Positions 12,653 to 25,794 of a DNA stretch of 64,000 nt are shown here, one piece after another. Origin of the DNA: Malacoraja senta (Eukaryota); the NCBI GenBank assembly GCA_038087875.1, contig CM075987.1, positions 16,432,001-16,496,000 of the forward strand. Reading direction: 5' to 3'. The position numbers and the translations under genes are program-made. The notes beneath the pieces are model-generated. The model was not told where the DNA came from. It worked only from the letters and a program-made list of their open reading frames with translations, and did no database searches. Position 1 is the first letter of the stretch, and the number at the start of each line of letters is the position of its first letter.

Positions 12653-14191
12653 TTCAGATTCAGATTCAGATTCAACTTTATTGTCATTGTGCAGTGTACA
12701 GTACAGAGACAACGAAATGCAGTTAGCATCTCCCTAGAAGAGCGACATAAATATGAGCAGTAAATAAATAAATCTAATAAATCCTGGTGGGAGGAGTGTC
12801 CGGGGGGGGGTGATTGGCAGTCACCGAGGTACAGTGTTGAGTAGTGTAACCGCCGCAGGGAAGAAGCTGTTCCTGGACCTGCTGGTCCGGCAACGGAGAG
12901 ACCTGTAGCGCCTCCCGGATGGTAGGAGGGTAAACAGTCTGTGGTTGGGGTGAGAGTAGTCCTTGGCGATGCTGAGCGCCCTTCGCAGACAACGCTTGCT
13001 TTGGACACACTCAATGGTGGGGAGTGAGGAACCGGTGATGCGTTGGGCAATTTTCACCACCCTCTGCAGTGCTTTCCGGTCGGAGACAGAGCAGTTGCCA
13101 TACCATACTGTGATGCAGTTGGTAAGCATGCTCTCGATGGTGCAGCGGTAGAAGTTCACCAGAATCTGAGGAGACAGATGGACCTTCTTTAGTCTCCTCA
13201 GGAAGAAGACGCTGGTGAGCCTTCTTGACCAGAGTTGAGGTATTGTTGGTCCAAGAGAGGTTATCGGAGATGTTGACCCCCAGGAACCTGAAGCTGGAAA
13301 CACGTTCCACCTCCGTCCCGTTAATGTGGATGGGGGTGTGCGTGCCGCCCCTAGACTTCCTGAAGTCTACAATGAGCTCCTTGGTCTTCTTGGAGTTAAG
13401 GGCCAGGTTGTTGTCAGCGCACCATGCTGCCAGGAGCTGGACCTCCTCCCTATAGGCCGACTCATCGTTGTTGCTGATGAGGCCAATCACCGTTGTATCA
13501 TCTGCATACTTGATGATGGTGTTAGTACCATGTACAGGTGTGCAGTCGTAGGTGAAGAGGGAGTAGAGGAGGGGGCTCAGCACACAGCCCTGTGGAACGC
13601 CGGTGTTCAGGGTGAGGGTTGAAGAGGTGTGCTTGTCTAACCTAACAGACTGGGGTCTGTTGGTTAGAAAGTCCAGTATCCAGTTGCAGAGGGAGGGGTC
13701 GATGCCCAGGTCACCGAGTTTGGTGATCAGTTTAGAGGGTATGATAGTGTTGAATGCTGAGCTGTAATCGATGAACAGCATTCTTACGTAAGTGTCTCTG
13801 TTGTCGAGGTGGGAGAGGGCGGAGTGAAGTGCCGTTGAGATGGCATCCTCCGTACTCCTGTTCTTGCGGTAGGCAAACTGATAGGGATCCAATGTGGGGG
13901 GTAGGCAGCCTTTGAGGTGTGCCAGGAACAGCCTCTCGAAGCACTTGGCGATGATGGGAGTAAGTGCAACTGGGCGGAAGTCGTTGAGGCTTGCTGCAGT
14001 GGAGTGTTTTGGCACCGGCACGATGGAGGTGGATTTAAGGCACGTGGGCACAACTGCTTGGGCAAGTGACAGGTTGAAGATGTCAGTCCAGACGTCTGTC
14101 AGCTGCGCAGCACAGGCCCTGAGGACGCGCCCGGGGATGCCGTCGGGGCCAGCAGCCTTACGTGCATTAGTCCTACTCAGTGCCATGTACA
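12653..14191 (-). mobile_element. Rex1/Babar-clade LINE, 5'-truncated; RT domain and C-terminus with one frameshift near 13207
   Basis: [31 protein letters not shown]; 3' AATAAA followed by an (AATCTG)n tail. Confidence 0.93.
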
Positions 14192-14479
14192 CTGAAGAAG
14201 GGTCCTGACCTGAAATGTTACCCATCCTTTTTCTCCAGAGATGCTGCCTGACCCACTGAGTTACTCCAACACTTTGCATCTATTTTTGGTATCAACCAGC
14301 ATATGAGGTTCTTTGTTTCTACATTTTGTCTTCATTTGCCTGCAGCTACCACTGGAGGGAGCTCAAGGCAAGGAGATTTACCAGCGCATAAATTAAGCTT
14401 TACACGTCACTCAAATGAATTTAATGCAGCACGCACTGGAATAACAAATCTGAACAAAATTATGACAGGACAAAGAAGA

Positions 14480-17400
14480 GAGTGCAATTTATTGAATCAG
14501 TTTTTATTTATACAAGAAAGTCTAACAGGATCACATCAGTATTATAATGCAGACAATTTTTTTTTCTATGTTTCTCTTCTCATTCTTTAAAATGTATTCT
14601 TCATCCCCAAATAAATACCGCAATATACTGAAATCATATCCCCCGCTTCCGTTTAATTAGATTCAAGTTAAGGATATACATCAGGAGCAACAGATTAAAT
14701 TGCTGCTGCCCATCTCTTCTTCGCAATGAATTTACAAAATGTTACACACATACACTATTTACAGAATTATTTGTGCCTTGCAGTGCAAGGCTTCGTATTG
14801 ATTTTTGTCTTCAGGTTTTGTTTTATACAGTATGGCAATTCTGAACGTAACTATGTCCCAGAAACATGTTGAAGCATGACACCTTTTTGCCTTCCCCCCC
14901 CCCCCCCCTCTTGTTTAGTAACAGTGAGCCAAAAGCAGCTCCCCCCCCCACCACCTCCTCTCGGTACTATGAGCTGATAAAGCGACAGCTCGCCACTGCT
15001 ACTTTAACTGTTGTACTCCAAGAAAAAGAAACAGGAATTCAGCTGTGTAACGTGAAAATTACAAACTAATCAGCTGGCAAATGTAGGATCAAGTTTTCAA
15101 CCCTGTCTGGAGGAGAACGTGATCTAATTTTAATCTTCCTAATTTTCAGGATATTCAAAATGAGGCCAGTGCTCTGATCACCAGTGAACTGGATTCAATG
15201 TAGTATACAGAAGAGATGGTATTGCATCACTGACTCGGGGATCACACTGCAGAATTATTTCAGGGTGGAACACAAAGTGCCGGAGTGAGTCAGGGGGTCA
15301 GGCAACATCACGCCGAGTTACTCCAGCACTTTGCAAGATTCCAGCATCTGCAGTTCCTTGTGTCTCCAGAATTCTTCATGCAATTTTAAACAAAAGGAGT
15401 AGGGTCAACCTCTGTAGTGGCACGCCCACAAGGCCACCACAGCCTCAGTCTGTTGGGATACTTTGGATAGACAATATTTTCACCAAACCATGGATTTAAA
15501 TTGGCACACAATCTCTCTTCCCTGCTCATCAACATCAAGTCACCTTCTTTCAGCCATATTTCCCCCCCCAAACATGAACAAACATTAAAGAAAATCCATA
15601 TTTTACCTCCTTCAGTAATATTTAAACCTCCTGAAACGATACCACCAGATGCATCCATCTTCACCATCTGCCCATGTATGGGCAAGTAACCATGGCACAT
15701 TACACTCCACTCATTCACAGCCACACTTCACAATCTGTCCATGCATAGAGCACTAATCACATCACCACACTCTGCTCACGTACGGGTAACCAGTTGTATC
15801 AACACAATCCAAGTGTATCCATTCTCCAAATACTTTATCAGCTGATAGGGTGAAATGGGACCAGACAGTGAATCATTGAATATAAACCATTATGGGACAG
15901 GAGGGAATCTAACATTCAGGGAATAAAAGTATATCCTACATCAAAAGTAGAACTCCCAGCTGCTCCAGAGTATGCAGAATTGCTTGTTTTCTGTATTTGT
16001 CGCTGGGCACATTCCATTAAAGGTGTCATACTGTCACCAAGGCTTAGTGTGTGCCCTGCAGATTCTCCTCATTTGTATTACATTCACTAGTCTACACCTC
16101 ATTAAAACCAGAGCTAGAGAAAAACTGCAGGATAACATTTTCCTCACAGATGATTCAGCCAAGCATGAAGAAAACTAAACATTGGCAAGTTAAGAGATGC
16201 AGTAAAAAAGGGATAGCAGCAAAGATTTCACCTGCTCAAACAGAAGCTCTGGTTAGCAAGCAGCAGTTGCTGTTGAGGTATTTGGCAATGGTGCCAACTG
16301 CATGGTTGAAGTGAACACATTCGTCATCCTGGAGCGAAAGGTGCTTTTGTGTGAATGTTTCACACGATGCAGAGAATTTATGTAGTGTTCTGTCCCGTTG
16401 AAAAGAAACATTGCCAGTACACACTAATTGTTGTACGTTCTCCGCAACTCGCACTGCTTGTTCAGGCACATCAGTAACACCCGTGCTACCTTACTGAACT
16501 TGGATGCTCTTTTCCCAAAAACCTGCAGCATGAATGAAAACTGCAGGCCATAGAAACTGTTTTTGTGGTGCACTCATCGTTATAGACAGCAGATGTACCG
16601 TCAAAAGGAAAGCTGAGCTTTAAGCTCTGCATGCCCAATAAAGTTTGTGTTATTTCTCTCTCCTTCGACTCAATGCCTTCTTTAGAAATGCATTTATTTT
16701 ACCCCAATAATATCATCCCTCCCCTCCCCATCCAGTGGTTCAATGGTGATACAAGTCTCTAAAACCTCATCAGCTGCTACATCCTTCATATACGAGACTG
16801 GGCGATGAGGGTCAAGGGACAATATGACCTGGAGGACAAGCCGGTTGCTCGACCACTGGTAGCCACAGCCGCGGGTAGGTATCAAAGAACCAATCCTGGC
16901 TGATTATATTTCCATCCCTCCCTCATGAGGTGCAAGGAGGTCCATGCAGCAACTGTGGTGGCTTCTCCAGTTGATATCAACTAACGGCCAATAGCAAGAT
17001 CAAACCTGCCACCCTTTGGTCTGGATGGGATGTATTCCATATATATCACAATGCTTTTAGCTACAAGCCACAGGGATAGTTTTACAAAATGCATTCCTAA
17101 AGTAAAAAGTACTATTATTTTCGGCAGCTTAAAAAAATACTTTTTTTTCTAAATTCTTAACATATAAAATGGCCACACAAATCTATTTCAGAGTTATTAC
17201 ATTTTCATTATCCCCACCACCTTCCCGTTGTCAAGAAATGTACCAATTTCCAAAGAGTTTTAGAGAAACAACTGCAAACAGTCAAATGGCTGATTGGGAC
17301 AACTCTTAGTTTATTATTATAAGTATCTTTGGAAAATGGTAGAGAGGTGCAAGGAGAAGAGAATTATAGAAGTAGGAATTTAAAATTTTGTAACTTAAAT

Positions 17401-17661
17401 GATTATGTTCATAGGGTCTCATTGCAACTGTTAACTGAAATGTATTAACTCAGAATAGACGATAGCAATTTTTGGATGTGCCATTAGAGAGTGAGATTAA
17501 CACTGTTGCTTTGGAGAATTCTGGTCTCATTTCTTGCATTCCACCTTTTTTTAATCAGATTTTGACATGCTTATCTTATTTGTTTTAATCTCCACCAATT
17601 TACAAATCTATCCCACGCAAATAAACCACACATTTTGTATTCCCTGTGTTCAAATGCATCT
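14480..17661 (-). other. GOLGA2: Putative GOLGA2 3' UTR (~3.1 kb)
   Basis: Largely repeat-poor, AT-rich sequence after the stop codon, ending at two AATAAA signals; the endpoint is inferred. Confidence 0.55.
14488..14508 (-). promoter_or_regulatory. Tandem polyadenylation signals (AATAAA at 14503-14508 and 14488-14493)
   Basis: Plus-strand TTTATT twice, followed on the minus strand by a U/GU-rich tract. Confidence 0.55.
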
Positions 17662-17915
17662 CTAGATGATTGTGATTTTCACTTCCCCGTGTTCATCAGG
17701 CCGGTAAAAAAATGGTATGCTGGTGGAATAGTTCAGGGATGCGTTTTGTCTGGCCTGTGGGTTCTGGATCTCTTCAAGGAGTTGCATGATCTGTCTAGTA
17801 GTGTAGTCCTCGGTGGGCAGGTTTTCTTTTGGAACAGGGACTGTGCTGGAGGACTGGACGCCCAGTGAAACTGCTCGAGATTCTACATCATCTGCCAAGC
17901 TGATGTCTTGTAGTT
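17662..17915 (-). CDS. GOLGA2: GOLGA2 terminal coding exon, ELQDISLADD...TTRQIMQLLEEIQNP...SIPFFYRPDEHGEVKITII*
   Basis: C21-AG acceptor; phase 1; TAG at 17662-17664; C-terminal IPFFY...KITII matches the GM130 GRASP65 PDZ ligand. Confidence 0.96.
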
Positions 17916-18882
17916 CTGGGGGGGGGGGGGGGGGGGGGAATAAGAAACAAATCAAAAAATCAAGCCAACGTTTTGTAAGCTTAGGTTCTATCAATTCTAA
18001 ATTCTTCCCTGTAGCTTAACACCTCACTACCCATACCCACCCTAACCATCTTATTCTTCACAGAATCACAGCTGACAACTCAGTGTAGAGGCATTAACTT
18101 GATATTCCACAGTATACAGGACTGATCTTTAGTACTCAATTTTGCTCCAAAAGTACCATCTACCCCTGACTGAACACATTACATGACGTCTGAGACAAAA
18201 ATATCAAATGACTATGACTGGAACATGTAAAGTGGCGACTGTGATAATTATAGAACATAGACCAGTGCAGCACAGGAACAGGCCCTTCGGCCTACAATGT
18301 CTGTGCAGAACATGATGCCAAGACCATATTTTATCTATCTGCACATAATCTATATTCCTCCATTCCCTTCATGTCCACATGCTATTCTTCCTGTAACGGG
18401 GAGACCAGAAATGCACGCAATACTCCAAATGCGGCTTAACCAATGTCCTACAGAGCTGCATGATGACTTCCTGACTCTCAAACTCAATGCCTCGACCTAT
18501 GAAAGCAAACATACAATATGTCTTCTTTCCCACTCTATCTACTCGTGTTCCAACTTTCAGGGAGCTATGAACTTGGAACCCAAAATCCATCAATGTTGTT
18601 AAGGATTATGCCATTAAATGTATATTGGAAGAAGATTGTTGCATCTTCTCTAGCCATAGACAAGATCCCAGATGATTGGAGAGTAGCTAATGTTGTTGCT
18701 TTGTTTAAGGGGGAAATCGAGATCTTCCTGAGTTTGGGGCTGTAACCGTGGATTCTAGACACCCCAGCCACTGGAATCATTGTTCCTGCATCTATCTTGA
18801 CACTCTCCTTCAAACTTTGTATGTTTCAACGGGATCACCTCGCATTCTTCTAACTCTAGAAAGTATAGGTGCAGTCTGCTAA

Positions 18883-19106
18883 AGGGCCTGTCCACTTGGC
18901 GATTTTTTTCGCCGACTGCCGGCGTCTTTTCAGTGTCGCCAAAAGATTTTGAAATTTTCAAAGTCCAGAGGCGAAAAAATAAATGTTGCGACACTTGAAA
19001 AAACATCGCACGTCATACGTCATCACGCCGCGCATTTTTCGGTGACCTGATACGTCAGTCAATGATACCAGCAGTTCCGATAAAATCGCCAAATGGGACA
19101 GGCCTT
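18883..19106. mobile_element. Harbinger-type MITE, 224 bp
   Basis: TAA|AGGGCCTGTCCACTTGGCGATTTT...AAAATCGCCAAATGGGACAGGCCTT|TAA; inserted in a CR1 remnant. Confidence 0.85.
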
Positions 19107-19234
19107 TAATCTGCTCTCACACAACAAGCTTGCCACAAATAGAATTAATCAGATTAGCCTCAGCTGCTCTCCCTCAAGCATGTTTCTTTTGTTAGGGTGA
19201 AAAGACTTGTAGGTAATATGCCACACAAAAAACA

Positions 19235-19530
19235 GGGTGGCACAGCTGCTAGAGCTGCTGCCTCACAGCACCAGAGACCCAGGTTCCAACCTGTCCTCGG
19301 CTGCCATCTGTGTGGAGTTTCCACATTCTCCCTGTGGCCGTATGGGGTTCCTCCGGGTGCTCCGGTTTCCACCCACCCCTAAGACGTGCGGTTTGTAGGT
19401 TAATTGGCCTCTGTAAATCACCCCTGGTGTGTGTGGAGCGGATGCGAAAGTGAGATAACATAGAACTAGTGTGAATGGATGACCGATCGAAGGGCCCGTT
19501 TCCATGCTGCATCTCTAAACTAAACTAAAC
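19235..19530 (+). mobile_element. HE1-like V-SINE
   Basis: V-domain and (TAAAC)n tail. Confidence 0.85.
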
Positions 19531-19785
19531 AGAGTGCCGGATGAGCTCAGCGGGTCAGGCGGCATCTGTGGAGGGAATTGGCAGATGGTGTTTTCAGGCC
19601 AGGTTTCCACCCTTCTTCAAACTGGACCCTTCCTCAGACCCAGACCTGCGAATAGTCCCAACCTAAAACATCGTCTATCCATTCCCTCCCAGATGCTGCC
19701 GAGTTCCTCCAGCCATTTTGTTTTTGATTACTGCAGGCCAATTTCCCAGGAATTTTGCAATCACTGCAGTCAAGCTGTTACAGAC

Positions 19786-19957
19786 CTTCTGTTCGTGGGG
19801 AAGTTTTCTCCAAGTCTTCATCCAGTAAATCCTGGTGCAGCGATTCATCTGCCAGTGGGTGCGTTGACAGTTTCGTGGAGCTGATGTATTTACTGTGCCA
19901 TTCGTTCCGTTCTCCCACCAACCTCAGCACCAGTTGCTGCAATTCTGCCAGCTTCAT
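19786..19957 (-). CDS. GOLGA2: GOLGA2 penultimate coding exon, MKLAELQQLVLRLVGERNEWHSKY...SPRTE
   Basis: ttttgtag| and |gtctgt; 172 nt, phase 0-1. Confidence 0.93.
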
Positions 19958-20144
19958 CTACAAAAGTAATAACAGCTGGATTTAAAAACGGCACCGATCT
20001 CAAGAAATCATTTTCCGTTTTTTTTTGTATAACAGTGTAGGTTTAACATCAATTAGACAGATAATAAATGCATTTATGTTTTAAGGAAAATGGCTCTGAT
20101 GCACCTTTCTGATGCCCCAAACGAGTTTTACTTCCCTTGTGGAC

Positions 20145-20305
20145 CCAAATTGCTGGAGTAACTCAGCGGGACAGGCAGCATCTCTGGATAGAAGGAATGG
20201 CCGCTGTTTCGGGTCGAGGCCCTTCTTCAGACTGCCTGTCCCACTGAGTTACTCCAGCATTTTGTGTCTACGTTCAGTGTAAACCAGCATCTGCAGATCC
20301 TTCCC
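20145..20305. repeat. Inverted (fold-back) Penelope pLTR pair
   Basis: tgctggagtaactcagcgggacaggcag ... ctgcctgtcccactgagttactccagca. Confidence 0.85.
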
Positions 20306-21869
20306 TTGTGAATGTAACCACTTTCGAAGAATGAACTCAGTAATAATTCTTTTCTAGAAAAAGGTTCATAATTAATAAACACACGTGTTACTTGGATGGA
20401 AAAATAATAATACTAAACTTTTTAGAGGTAGGTGCTGGTAGGCCTTACAGGTGCTTACCATCACAAAACCCCCCACTGGTAATGACTATTCTGGAATGGC
20501 TTTATAGTTAGATTGAAGGTATGGCTGAATATATCTATTGAAAGCTTAAAAATTTGGATTTTCTATGGCCAGTTTGTTCACACTTAAATTGGTCAAATAC
20601 AAAGGTTAATTGAGAAGTCACACAAAAATAAAACTATTCACACATTTACAGTATCTCATTGAAACTTCAAACATTGCTTTGATTTATTTGTCCCAACTAA
20701 ATTGCAAATGTAGTTTCCTAAATCCAAGTCTTCAGATGAATCACAGCTCAGAATGAATAATAATGGACAAGACACCTCAAGTTGTACCTACTTCATTTTG
20801 AACAGACTGGCCAAAGAAACACCTCGGGAAAGTGAACTAAAATGTTGCATAATGGTGTTAGAACATGGCAACTCTCTGCTTGTTGTTCCAGAAGAGGATC
20901 TACAGTACTCATGTACAGTATTATATGACTGGATAGCAAGCTTTCCCCCCTGACAAGCTTTCCCCCCTGACAACAATTCCGAGTTAGTTGGCTTTTTATA
21001 ACTTGGTATTTCTGAACCACAACTGTTGCAATATTGAGCCAGCATTCCCCAAACATGAAAGTCTCTGCTCTTGCCCAAGAGCAGCAGGGATTAAAGTGAA
21101 AGGAAAGCTTGGACATATCCACGTAAAGCTAACAGGTCTGTACCCTGACCTGGTAAATTATTCGAGTTTAAAATTAATGTGGTGGTGAGGGGGGGAAAAA
21201 AAAAGAGAATATGACATTAAGTCTTAGAAGGGGTCTGGGAAGAATTCCATGCAGCATGGAAACAGGCCTTTCAGCTCAAGTATTTTCATGCTGATTAAGA
21301 CACCCCATCTAAACGCGACATCCCATTTGCCCATGTTTGGCCCGTATCCCTTTAAGTATTTCCTGTCCATGTACTTGTCCAAATGTATTTTAAATGTTGT
21401 TATTGTACCTGCCTCAATTACCTACTCTGGAAGCTTGTTCCATTCCATACACCTAAAACTCTGTGTGTGAAAATGTAGTGGACAGAAAGACCAGCAATCT
21501 TACAGCTCTGGGTCAGATAGCCAATTGCTTCAGCGTTATTTTTAAATGTCCTTCAAAAATCGTCCTACAATTCCACCACACCAATTATCAACTTTATTTA
21601 CTTTTAGTCAATTAGTCAAATTTAGAATCCGTTTCTGCGCTGGCTTGACCATTTGTGCTTCTTGATACAAACGTCAACATGTCTGTCATTGCAACCATAG
21701 ATTTCCGATTGAAATGGGGATTTCTGAACACCATCTCACTTGCAATATAACGCAGTGTGCCAAGTTATTCCACACAGTTCATAACAGCGAGACCCAATGA
21801 CATTAACCTAGCTCTCAAAATACGGTCCTAAAATTGCTATCCTCTTCTTTATTCTCCCTACCAGATTTT

Positions 21870-22213
21870 AGAGTTAGAGTCATACAGTACAAAACAGGCC
21901 ATGAGGACCAGAGTATGTGAAAAGCATCAACGAACCCCTCTACACTAATCCTACATTTATTCTACCCACATTCTCATCAATTCCCCTCAGATTCTACTCC
22001 TCACCCACATACAGGCGGCATTTTACAGAAGCCAATTAACCCACCAACCCGCAGGTCTTTGGGATGTGCGAGGAAACCGGAGCCCCTGAGGAAAACCCAG
22101 CGGTCACAGGAAGAACGTGCAAACTCCCCACAGTCAGCGTCCGGGATCAGGATTGAACCAGGGTCTCCAGCACGGTGAGGCTGCAGCTCTACCAGTTGCA
22201 CTACCATGCTGCC
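21870..22213 (-). mobile_element. HE1-like V-SINE
   Basis: Reverse-complement V-domain. Confidence 0.8.
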
Positions 22214-22409
22214 GGTACTTAATCAAGTCAATTTGTTACTTAATTAAATATCTTAAAAGCAATGTTGAAGGAGATATCAAAGAGATATCAAAGACATAAT
22301 TGTTAAGAATTCAGAAAGCATCAACAGTATTCAAGGGAGTGACAGAATTAACCACAATTTATTTACAGAATTGACAACATGCATTCATCATTTTCGGAAC
22401 TGCAGGTAC

Positions 22410-22516
22410 CTTCATTTCCTCCTTGTCCTGGGCCAGTCTGCTGATGTACTCTTCTTTTTCCGTGTGTCTCTGTTTAAGAATGGCTCTCTGACTCTGGTAA
22501 AGTGCAATATACTCGC
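22410..22516 (-). CDS. GOLGA2: GOLGA2 coding exon, [36 protein letters not shown]
   Basis: ttttag| and |gtacct; 107 nt, phase 1-0; very close to GM130 as recalled. Confidence 0.97.
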
Positions 22517-23964
22517 CTAAAAGACAAAGAAAAAAGTCAAAATGAAATTCAAAATCTAAAACTGTTTCTTCCCTGCTGTTAACAGGCAACTGAACCATCG
22601 TATCAACAACAAAGGAGCAGTTCTGAACTAATATCTACCTCAAGGGAGACCGTTGGACTATCTTTAATTGGACTTTACTGGACTTTGCCATGTGCTAAAC
22701 GCTATTCCTTACATCAGGTGGGCGGTTCGATTGTAATCATGCATAGTCTATCCGCCGACTGGTTAGCACGCAACAAAAAGCTTTTCACTATAACTCTGTG
22801 CACATGCCAATAAACTAAACCAAAAAATGTTTCTGTGTGAAATAAACTTTATACACATTAGCACTTACTTTCAAAAGGTGTGGTTGGGTGGGCGAAGGAA
22901 AAAAAAGTTAAAATTAGCAGAGTTCTGGGATAAGGGCAAAGGAGGGACCCAGTATGAAGACACTTTCATGGATATGACACGAGTGTGTGGTTGGACTGCC
23001 ATTCTCTGTGCTGTTTTTCTAAAAGCTACAATGTTGTGCATACAAATAATATGGAGAATATAAAATTGGATTGTTAAACTGCAATTAAGACAACAATAAT
23101 ATCATGCTATCTGGCCTTGCATTCCAATACATCTCAAATGGTGTGGAGAGGAGTAGGCAGACAGCAATTGGAGGGAAGGAGAGAGAGGCAGTGTGCAAAG
23201 GATTATAGAGAGAGTAGAGGAACATTAGAATGAGCGAACACTAGCGTACATGAGGAAATAGACGCAAAAAGCTGGAGTAACCCAGCGGGTCAGACAGCAT
23301 CCCTGGAGAAAAGGAATATGTGACGTTTCTGGACGAGACCCTTCTTCAGACTGAGAGTTAGGGGAGAGGGAAACAAGAGATATAGATGGTGATGAAGAGA
23401 GATATAGAACAAATGAATGAAAGATATGCAAAAAAAACAGCATCTGCAGTTCCTTCTCGTATATGAGAGGATCTTGATATATTAATAACACAGACAAAAA
23501 CATCCAGTTAGTTGATACAAACTTCAATGTGACTGCATTTTTCAGAAAATAGCTCCTTTAAGGACCCAGATGCTACTGAAGTTGACTACTCAAATGAAAG
23601 GTCTGCCATTACATATCTCGTGGATTACAACTGTTATAATACCATAGTCACCCACATATAAATGAATGAAATAGTTCAAAAACTGCCCACGATTGCAACA
23701 ACGAAAATAAATTGAAAAACGGCATCAGCAATATGTAAATCAGCTCTGCTTTTACTTTTCCATTCAAATCCTTGTAACTACAACAGTGACTGCCTCGTTG
23801 AATATTTTCCATTTAAATAAAAGTTAAAAAGTTAAAATACAATTTGTTTGGTTGCTAAGTCAAAAAGAAAATGTCAACAGCAACACCCCTTATTGGCCTG
23901 GGAGAGATATTCAAAAGATAGAGTGCAGAGTAATGGAATGGTTTAAACATTTCGCTCACGTTAC

Positions 23965-24067
23965 CTATAGTATCGGTTTCTCCAGACAACTGGACACAGC
24001 GATGTTCCAGCTCCTCCACTCGCTCCTTCAGATCCACCTTCTCCTGCATCAGGGATGTGAATCGAAC
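23965..24067 (-). CDS. GOLGA2: GOLGA2 coding exon, [34 protein letters not shown]
   Basis: gtcgctag| and |gtaacg; 103 nt, phase 0-1; hallmark [15 protein letters not shown]. Confidence 0.97.
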
Positions 24068-25794
24068 CTAGCGACACAAAAATGAAGTAATATTAATGCT
24101 CTGTAGGAAGTAAACCCTTTACACATTGTCGGTTACTTATGTTACTTCCAACAGGAGTGGGATGGGGCAAGGAAAATTATTCAGTGAAAATTGCAGGGAA
24201 AAGGCCAAGGAGTGGGCCTGGTATGAAGGCCCTTTCTGGAGCCCTGTATCTAACCAAAGTAAGTGGTCTACAGATCGTTTGATACTTTCAGAAACACAAA
24301 ATGCTCTGATGGATTGCTCCAAAATGCTAGCTTGTAGACATTGCAAAGCAAAAATTATTTTGAAGGCAATGCTCGGCTATCAATCTTTTCATGGCTTTGT
24401 CCCAACATTTCTGCAGATGCCACCTTACCCTTAATCCCAAGATCTGCATGCTCTTACAATTCCATACTTCACCTTACTGCACCAATTCTCCCATGTCACA
24501 AGCAACCTGGAATTCTACCCATAAACCTAGATTTAGATCTAGATGTAGTACGCTGAAAAGCTCTAGATAGAGCATCACTCAGCACTGGACAATTTTTACA
24601 TTTTATCAAGCCAATTAAGTCAATTAACCTATCCTACCTTTCTTCCTTTGACTCATGAAGTGCAGAGATTAGCAGAGGCCAGCTGGATAGATAGCCTGTA
24701 CTCTGCTATAGATCCTATGCAAGTCACACCGTAAACCCTTTTCAGTTTGACTACGCTTTTAGTCATCTGTCTGATTAGATGTTTTAGTGTCATATTATTA
24801 ATACCGAGCTACCTGGTGAGATCTTGTTGCATTCAAGTTATTACACAATTGAAGGTCTTTGCATTACTTTGTTTTTGAAGCAATCAAAGATAATATGACC
24901 ATTTCCAAATTTCTATTATGCAGTTGATTGTGCTGCATACTAACTGGACCAAATGCTGTGGCTGAGGTAGACATACTCAAATACACATTTGATAGCCTCA
25001 AGTGAATGGCATGTGGTTCGTACCAGGGACAACTTGGGACTCAACTGTCCAACTCTAAAGATCTGGTAAAAAAGGTGGGGAGATGAGCACTCTGCCTTGA
25101 TCATACATTTCTGCTTCATGCCAACACTGATGTGCTATAAGGCTGAGAAACTATATGTTACATTCTGTATCTTCCCCTTGCTCTACTATTGGACTCAACT
25201 TTGATTTGATTGTATTATCTGACCCGATTGGATAGCATGCAATACAAAGCTTTCCAATGTACCTCGGTATATGTGACAATGATAAACCGAAACCTTCATC
25301 GCAATAGTATGAAAGGAAGAATTTAAATTTTACTTTTAACGAGCTTGGGATAACCCGAAGCACTTGATGGCCAATTAAACTCTTTTGAAAGGAGTTTATT
25401 TTGAATTGAATTTTGAGACTATTGCAGTGTTGGAAACGGAGTAGACATTTTATACAACGGCAATATCATAATGTCCAAGTTAACTTTTAGTGAAGCTTGT
25501 TCATAATTCCTAATCAGCTACTTTTATGATGGTACACGGTGTACCAGCACCTCTAAAAAGTAAAAAACTGGATTTCCAAATTTTGTTTTATTATTACACA
25601 ATTACTAGTTTAAAAAACAATATTATTTAAATTAGGTGGTCAGGCCCTTAAACAGCTTATAGGAAGAAGCTTTTTGTCTACAATAAACCAGAATCTTTTT
25701 GTCTCCAATAAACGGCACCAGTTACAACTATTGGGCATGGTTGGGAATCACACTCAAAGGAAACATTCGAGAGATGGGGGGGAAGACCGCCTCT

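Noticed and set aside
13011..14279. 422-aa RT ORF as a functional gene
   Set aside because: The N-terminus comes from a Penelope pLTR, the element is 5'-truncated with no endonuclease, and it is frameshifted near 13207.
20937..20972. 17-bp tandem duplication CAAGCTTTCCCCCCTGA
   Set aside because: Two copies only, a simple local slippage; not an array.
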